A stretch of 32,897 bases of DNA. It comes from an uncultured bacterium (lineage in GTDB: Bacteria; Patescibacteriota; Minisyncoccia; Phycocordibacterales; GWA1-40-21). Within the stretch, counting starts at the first letter, position 1. Every line of letters starts with the position of its first letter. The translations under genes and the position numbers were made by a program. Where the stretch lies: assembly GCA_903831305.1 (NCBI GenBank), contig CAIKXE010000009.1:1-32897 (forward strand). Direction: 5' to 3'. Below the pieces are notes generated by a model. That model saw only the letters and a list, made by a program, of their open reading frames with translations, was not told the origin of the DNA and searched no databases. This document shows, in pieces, positions 27,426-32,897 of this stretch.

Positions 27426-29632
27426 TAAAACTCCGGTGACTGCGCGCCGAAAATATTTAAAGTAGAAGTACCCATAGTAGCGATGAAGGACCAAATATCA
27501 CATTTACTATTGGTCGTGGTTTGTGTGGGGGCACTGCCACCAGACCAAGCAATAGTTCCGGGCCAAGTGATAGTCCCCGGGGTGCCGGCATCTGGATTAC
27601 ACACCACCAGTTTCAAATTCTGCCCGGCTTCATAATTACTGAAAGTCATAGTGATACCCGTGGTGCTGATGCGCACTAGCTGTTGGTTCCCCTCTCGCCA
27701 GTTTATGGTCATAGAAGATCCGGCGCTCAGTATTTTCTCCGACACTCGTATGGACCCCGTAGCCACCGTTAATACATTTCCTGGAGTGGTAGTGCCAATA
27801 CCGACGTTGCCAGTAGTTGCTTGTAATGTCATTGCTATTGTATTATTGGCTTGAAATACAACATTTTTACCACGAATCATAATATCTTCCCAAGTACCAC
27901 CAGTTCTATTATAAGATTGAAAAATTGAAGCTCCACTACCAGTTGTGGCATCTCCAAGAAGGGCATTGTAATCCGTACCGTATCTCATCTCAAAACCTAC
28001 TCCTGAAGTTGGAAATGTAAAACTACTATTAGCAAGACCTGAAGCTCTAAAGATCCCACTTACTTCTAGTTTAGCTTGAGGTGCCGTCGTCCCAATCCCA
28101 ACGTTACCAACATTATCAATCCTCATTCGTTCTTGTTCTGTTACTGAACTGCTTGGTGTTGTTGAAAATGTTATTCTTCCAGGCATACTTGAATCGCTGA
28201 TAGTTGAACCATCAACTGCAAAGTCAATTCTCGCTCCCGGTCTATAAACTGTTCCTGTTGTAAAACCGTTACCTCTAAAATAGCCCAGGCTATCGCCATT
28301 TTGTACTATGGTAGGAGAAGTAAGTGTCCCTCTCGAGCGATATAAATTAAAGTTAGGACTTGCAGATGCATCAGTATTATTGGCACGATAAAATCCTCCT
28401 GCGGCAAGCCATTCGCCATCGTCTATATAAGAACCAACTGTCCCTCTGACAGATAATTTTGCCCCCGGACTCGCTGTCCCTATTCCTACATTACCATTTG
28501 CGCCGACGGTAAACAACCGAGAATTTGTAGAAGATGACAAAGCAAAAATATCCGCTGACCCCGCCGTGCCATAAATGTCCAATTTAGCTACTGGAGTGGT
28601 GGTCCCAATACCGACGTTGCCAAGATTATTTGTTCCATTGTGTTGTAAAATTACATTACCATAACTACCACCACCGGTAGCACGGTTTCCACCATAAATA
28701 TATATTGGTCCACCATTTTGATAATTTACCGCAGTACTCACCGCATCTGCACCAATAATTTTTGACACAGCCGGAAGTTCGTCATAATAAGGAGTCGGTG
28801 ACCCTTGTAAGATAAAGGCTCCATTATCAGCATGGGCATAACCGTGCAAAGACAAACTAGCACCAATACCAGTGTTCGAACCCCCTGTCATAAAAAATCC
28901 ATTAACATCCCAGGAAGTAATACCGTATCCAGGGTTGATATACATATTGCCACCAAACTTACTAGTACCTGCTACATCCAACTTGGCGCCCGGTGCCGCG
29001 GTGCCTATTCCCACATTGCCACTATTATAATAGATAGCACTACTGGTGGTAGCCGTCCATTTACTACCCGCAAACGCTATGCCATTTTGACGCAACGTCC
29101 CCGTAAAGTTCACGTCCCCCGCCACGGTCAGAGGGTAGCCCGGAGTGGTGGTCCCAATACCGACGTTGCCGCCGTTTGTTTGAAGCACCAAAGACCTCGT
29201 CGAAGAATCAGTGTCTATATAAGAAGGGCTATGTGCGGTATCAGCCCCTTTGGAATATCCAAAATTGAATATTGGAATACCAATAACACTTAACTTTTGT
29301 ATTATTTTTGATTCATTTATCGCATAATTGACCTCTAATGGTGCCCCCGGACTCGTTGTCCCAATACCGACGTTACCATTGGCCCAGGACAAGGTGGTGC
29401 TACCAGTAGAAGAAATCAGTTGGCGGGCGTTGGTGTCAATACTAAGAACTGGAGTGCCGGCATTATCTAAAATCCCTTGGCCCATAATACGCAGGCCCCC
29501 AGTGCCCGTGGCATAAGTAACGGCTATGCCGATACTGACAGAAATAACTGTGACAAAAATAACAGAAATAAGAGTCTTCACCCGGTAAGAGGCCGAACCG
29601 ACATTGTTTTTTTCTTTCTCAAAATCGCTCAT
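27425..29632 (-). CDS. Membrane-anchored fibre-like protein with seven GNVGIGT repeats and a phage-tail-fibre-like C-terminal domain
   Basis: N-terminal TM; 7x GNVGIGTxxP; C-terminal TINW.EGN.Q...TFSN...G..L.L......ITWP..I.W.GG.APT.TT...K.DI.SF. Confidence 0.85.
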   Translation of the reverse strand: MSDFEKEKNNVGSASYRVKTLISVIFVTVISVSIGIAVTYATGTGGLRIMGQGILDNAGTPVLSIDTNARQLISSTGSTTLSWANGNVGIGTTSPGAPLEVNYAINESKIIQKLSVIGIPIFNFGYSKGADTAHSPSYIDTDSSTRSLVLQTNGGNVGIGTTTPGYPLTVAGDVNFTGTLRQNGIAFAGSKWTATTSSAIYYNSGNVGIGTAAPGAKLDVAGTSKFGGNMYINPGYGITSWDVNGFFMTGGSNTGIGASLSLHGYAHADNGAFILQGSPTPYYDELPAVSKIIGADAVSTAVNYQNGGPIYIYGGNRATGGGSYGNVILQHNGTNNLGNVGIGTTTPVAKLDIYGTAGSADIFALSSSTNSRLFTVGANGNVGIGTASPGAKLSVRGTVGSYIDDGEWLAAGGFYRANNTDASASPNFNLYRSRGTLTSPTIVQNGDSLGYFRGNGFTTGTVYRPGARIDFAVDGSTISDSSMPGRITFSTTPSSSVTEQERMRIDNVGNVGIGTTAPQAKLEVSGIFRASGLANSSFTFPTSGVGFEMRYGTDYNALLGDATTGSGASIFQSYNRTGGTWEDIMIRGKNVVFQANNTIAMTLQATTGNVGIGTTTPGNVLTVATGSIRVSEKILSAGSSMTINWREGNQQLVRISTTGITMTFSNYEAGQNLKLVVCNPDAGTPGTITWPGTIAWSGGSAPTQTTTNSKCDIWSFIATMGTSTLNIFGAQSPEF

Positions 29633-29781
29633 TTTTATATAAATATTTTCCCAATATAATTATTCCAAATTTCAAACCGGGCAAATCCCTTGCCTCTCAT
29701 AACTCAGTTATTATTATACCATAGCTGTATTTGTATACAACCACTTTTTGCACATTTCTTCTCTTTCTTCTCTTTCCCACC

Positions 29782-29802
29782 CGTCAACATACGACGTTGA
29801 CG
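29782..29802. repeat. Short palindrome related to 5024-5062
   Basis: CGTCAAC-ATACGAC-GTTGACG. Confidence 0.5.
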
Positions 29803-29823
29803 TCTACCAAAAATAACTTACCA

Positions 29824-29851
29824 TTGACATAAAAAGCAGAACTGCTATACT
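29824..29851 (+). promoter_or_regulatory. Strong sigma70 promoter pointing into the 3' end of the PemK gene
   Basis: TTGACA (29824-29829), 16 nt, TATACT (29846-29851) with a TGn extension. The spacer contains the palindrome AGCAG-AA-CTGCT. Confidence 0.75.
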
Positions 29852-29856
29852 GTGTA

Positions 29857-29907
29857 GACATATGGCTTCGGCCTCGCCCCCACCGCAAGGTGGGGGCAAA
29901 ATATTTT
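29857..29907 (+). ncRNA. Candidate small structured RNA with two tetraloop hairpins; 3' end unknown
   Basis: GGC-UUCG-GCC (29864-29873) and GCCCCCACC-GCAA-GGUGGGGGC (29876-29897) directly after the promoter. Both loops are the extra-stable cUUCGg and GNRA types in the + orientation. Confidence 0.6.
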
Positions 29908-30298
29908 AATCAAAAATCATCTTCTTCACTGATTTCATCAACTCCTGAAAAGTCTTATCTTCTAGCGTCTCAATCTTACGGATTAGTCTTTTTGTATCAA
30001 TTACCCTTATTTGAGACAAAACAGCAGTCGAATCTCTGCCTTCTATTTTTCCTAGATAAAAATAATACTTACCTATCTTTTTCTTACCAGTTAAACCAAC
30101 ACACAGAAAAGTATTTTTATTAAAACCCTTTATAACCAATACTGGTCGATCAAATTTCTGACCTGTACCATCCTGTTCAAAACCAACATTAACTCCTAAT
30201 GAGCACCACCAAATTTCTCTTTCATTGTAAAAAGGAAATTCTTGATTTGAATGGATACTTTTCTTTTCTAAATTCCACTTATCAAAATCTTTTTGCAT
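29906..30298 (-). CDS. PemK/MazF-family endoribonuclease toxin-like protein (orphan)
   Basis: REIWWCSLGVNVGFEQDG....FDRPVLVIK, VGLT, LSQIRVIDTKRL. Starts 3 nt after the gyrB stop, with no antitoxin ORF. Confidence 0.88.
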   Translation of the reverse strand: MQKDFDKWNLEKKSIHSNQEFPFYNEREIWWCSLGVNVGFEQDGTGQKFDRPVLVIKGFNKNTFLCVGLTGKKKIGKYYFYLGKIEGRDSTAVLSQIRVIDTKRLIRKIETLEDKTFQELMKSVKKMIFD

Positions 30299-30301
30299 TT
30301 A

Positions 30302-32398
30302 TTAAATATCCAGATTTGCGAGCTTGGCGTTGCTTTGGATGAAGGATTTGCGGGCAGGGACATCGGTCCCCATGAGCATATCAAACACTTTATCTGCCTC
30401 CTGACCATCAGAAATATGGACTTGCTTGAGCACGCGTTTTTCTGGATCCATAGTGGTCTCCCAGAGCTCCTCGGCATTCATTTCTCCAAGACCTTTATAA
30501 CGCTGAACATGTAGCTTTTCTACTTTTTTAGTTTTATCACCTTTCTGATTGTTCTCCTCCTCGGCCTCTTCTTCCTCCTCCTCCGGAATCGGCTCGCTAC
30601 CTTCTACTATCTCTACGTCCATGGGAATATCCTTACCAAAAATCTTGGTCTTTTCTTCCTCAGAATAAACATAGGTAATCTCTTTCCCTTTTTTTATTTT
30701 ATACAGTGGGGGCTGAGCAATATAAATGTAGCCACCTTCAATGAGCGGTCGGAAATAGCGGTAAAACAAAGTCAGCAAGAGGGTGCGAATATGCGCCCCG
30801 TCCACATCGGCATCGGTGGCAATAATCACTTTGTAATATCGCAACTTCTCCAGGCTAAAGGTATCACCAATGGCGGTGCCGAGAGCCAGCACCAAGTTTT
30901 TGATCTGCTCAGAACCAAGCATCCGGTCCAGGCGAGCGCGCTCAATGTTTAAAATCTTTCCACGCAAAGGTAATATAGCTTGAGTCTTCCTATCCCGGCC
31001 TGTCTTGGCGGTACCACCGGCCGAATCTCCCTCTACAATAAATAGTTCAGACTCCGTAGCATCATTGCTCTGGCAATCAGCCAGTTTTCCAGGGAGAGTC
31101 ATACCTTCCAGAGCCCCTTTACGCAAGATGGAGTCCTTGGCCGCTTTAGCGGCTTTTCTGGCCCGTAATGCCAAGGTCACTTTACTCACAATCGCCCGAG
31201 CATCCTCCGGATTCTCCTCCAGGAAGGCTTCAAAAGCGGTACCAAAAACATCCTCTACGGCACCACGAGCCTCCGTACTACCGAGCTTGGCTTTGGTCTG
31301 GCCCTCAAACTGAATCTCGCGGAGCTTGACGGACACCACGGCGGTCAAGCCTTCTAGCACATCATCTCCGGTAAAGTTGTCCTCGCTATCCTTGATAATA
31401 CCGTTCTTACGTCCATAACTATTTAAAATTCTAGTGAGTGAAGCCTTGAAGCCAGTGGTATGGGTACCACCCTCGGAGGTATAAATGTTGTTGGCAAAGG
31501 CCACCACGCGAGCGGAAATATCATCTACATATTGAAGTGCCACTTCCACAGACTCCACGCCTTCCACCTTCTTCTCCACATAGAAAATATTTTTATGAAT
31601 CGGTTTTTGGAACTGATTATAAAACTTGATGAGTGAATAAAGACCACCTTCAAAATAAAAAGTTTGTGATGGTGCCTCTACACCCAGATCTCGGAAATAA
31701 AAGACGTGAGCCTCGTCAAATTTCTCTGCAGTGTTACGAGCGTCAATCACGGAGATACGGAGACTCTTCACCAAGTAAGCTTGCTGACGCATATGAGAGA
31801 AAACTTTATTCCAGTCAAAGACCACGCCTTCCTTGAAAATAGTCTCATCTGGCTGGAAGAGAACGATGGTTCCGTGCTGTTTGGTGCTACCAATTTTTTT
31901 CACCGCGGCTTTACGCTTACCGCAAGAATATTCCTGCATATAAACACCACCATCCTTGTGAACGGTCACCTTCATATAGATAGACAAAGCATTTACCACT
32001 GAGGCACCCACGCCATGCAAACCGCCAGAGACTTTGTAACCCTCACCACCGAATTTACCTCCAGCGTGAAGCACGGTCATAATAGTTTCCAGAGCTGAGA
32101 CTTTGGTCTGTTTGTGAATATCCACCGGGATACCACGGCCGTTATCAGTGATTCGAACTTGGTTTTGCGGTAAGAGAACCACTTCAATATCATTGGCAAA
32201 ACCACCCATGGCTTCATCACGTGAGTTGTCAAAAATCTCCGTAATCAAATGGTGCAGACCATCGGGCCCCGTGGTACCAATATACATACCTGGACGGCGG
32301 CGCACTGGCTCTAGCCCTTCAAGCACGGTGATCTGCTCCGCCCCATAATGAGCCTCCTTCTCCTTTTTTACCTCTTTTTCTTCTTTTTCTTTGGCCAT
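30302..32398 (-). CDS. gyrB: DNA gyrase subunit B
   Basis: LEGLEPVRRRPGMYIG, DNGRGIP, HAGGKF, SGGLHGVGASVVNALS, EGDSAGG, PLRGKILN, DADVDGAHI, QRYKGLGEMN. Confidence 0.95.
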   Translation of the reverse strand: MAKEKEEKEVKKEKEAHYGAEQITVLEGLEPVRRRPGMYIGTTGPDGLHHLITEIFDNSRDEAMGGFANDIEVVLLPQNQVRITDNGRGIPVDIHKQTKVSALETIMTVLHAGGKFGGEGYKVSGGLHGVGASVVNALSIYMKVTVHKDGGVYMQEYSCGKRKAAVKKIGSTKQHGTIVLFQPDETIFKEGVVFDWNKVFSHMRQQAYLVKSLRISVIDARNTAEKFDEAHVFYFRDLGVEAPSQTFYFEGGLYSLIKFYNQFQKPIHKNIFYVEKKVEGVESVEVALQYVDDISARVVAFANNIYTSEGGTHTTGFKASLTRILNSYGRKNGIIKDSEDNFTGDDVLEGLTAVVSVKLREIQFEGQTKAKLGSTEARGAVEDVFGTAFEAFLEENPEDARAIVSKVTLALRARKAAKAAKDSILRKGALEGMTLPGKLADCQSNDATESELFIVEGDSAGGTAKTGRDRKTQAILPLRGKILNIERARLDRMLGSEQIKNLVLALGTAIGDTFSLEKLRYYKVIIATDADVDGAHIRTLLLTLFYRYFRPLIEGGYIYIAQPPLYKIKKGKEITYVYSEEEKTKIFGKDIPMDVEIVEGSEPIPEEEEEEAEEENNQKGDKTKKVEKLHVQRYKGLGEMNAEELWETTMDPEKRVLKQVHISDGQEADKVFDMLMGTDVPARKSFIQSNAKLANLDI

Positions 32399-32494
32399 AA
32401 TTTTAAAAATTTACACTCCTTAAAAAAGTGCAACATTCTTTACCCCTTAATTATACCAAATATACTTCCAAAAAGAAAGGAGGAAATTAGGGGG

Positions 32495-32897
32495 TTATCT
32501 CACCACGGCTTGTAATTCCGTCTTGGTTTTAGCAATGATCTGATCTTGGATTTTATTCACCTCCTCACCGGTCAAAGTACGCTCATGGGAACGATAAGTG
32601 ATTCGGAAGGTGTAGGACTTTTTGTCCGCCCCAAACTTCTTGGCATCCTCATATTCATCAATCAATTTTACCTCCTCAATGATATTTTCTGCAAAGTCAC
32701 GCACAATTTCAAAATAATTATTCAGATTTATATTTTTATCAATGATAAAGGAAATGTCTCTGGTAGTTTCCGGATACTTACTAACATCTTTATACTTACA
32801 ATTAATATCCTTAAACTGACTGGTGATACGCGGATCATCAGACCACAAGATACGGATATCTGGTATCTCCATCTTAATCATGGCAAGTCTATCACCA
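32495..32897 (-). CDS. pheS: Phenylalanine--tRNA ligase C-terminus: catalytic motif 3 fused to the FDX anticodon-binding domain (partial, runs off the window end)
   Basis: The frame continues to the window edge as GDRLAMIKMEIPDIRILWS (PheS motif-3 region), then SKYP...RDISF...EEVKLIDEY...KKSYTFRITYRS.ERTLT.EEVN (FDX-ACB). Confidence 0.85.
   Translation of the reverse strand, partial: GDRLAMIKMEIPDIRILWSDDPRITSQFKDINCKYKDVSKYPETTRDISFIIDKNINLNNYFEIVRDFAENIIEEVKLIDEYEDAKKFGADKKSYTFRITYRSHERTLTGEEVNKIQDQIIAKTKTELQAVVR

Noticed and set aside
18500-29400. Periodic repeats as a CRISPR array
   Set aside because: All repeats are coding, with long or irregular periods, and no cas genes are present.
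27425-29632. Prophage, suggested by the tail-fibre-like protein
   Set aside because: There are no capsid, terminase, portal or integrase genes, and the protein has an N-terminal membrane anchor.
29890-30123. + strand 77-aa ORF as a protein antitoxin
   Set aside because: The GTG is buried in a 9-bp stem with no ribosome-binding site, and the ORF is almost fully antisense to the PemK gene. It cannot be formally excluded.
787-32348. The many short + strand ORFs in the track
   Set aside because: They are antisense shadows of long minus-strand genes, with no motifs or translation signals.
30302-32398. parE instead of gyrB
   Set aside because: The overall motifs and length fit a short-type GyrB better. 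ParE cannot be strictly excluded without a tree.

Overview
This window is most likely a chromosomal segment of a Patescibacteria (CPR, Parcubacteria-like) bacterium. That is inferred from gene content and style: NUDIX-inserted LeuRS, a sigma4/HARE-HTH protein, a 7TM histidine kinase, GNVGIGT-repeat fibres and an orphan PemK. All credible protein genes lie on the minus strand. Housekeeping genes (mnmA, mltG, leuS, ychF, gyrB, and the C-terminus of a mitochondrial-style PheRS) flank an accessory region. That region holds a two-component pair, YdcF, a PHP phosphoesterase plus a GC-rich nucleotidyltransferase, and a ~13 kb island of large repeat-rich surface/adhesin genes. Four observations stand out. 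(1) An antitoxin-less MazF/PemK gene faces a strong convergent promoter that would transcribe a small RNA with UUCG and GCAA tetraloop hairpins, a candidate RNA-antitoxin system. (2) Palindromic elements sit in frame inside three housekeeping genes (mnmA, leuS, ychF), with further palindromes between genes. (3) DNA-identical GNVGIGT junctions may act as module-shuffling sites in a fibre gene. (4) A -10 box repeatedly lies 6-7 nt before the ATG, suggesting leaderless mRNAs. No tRNA, rRNA, CRISPR array, transposase or reverse transcriptase was recognised. All calls were made by eye, without database searches.
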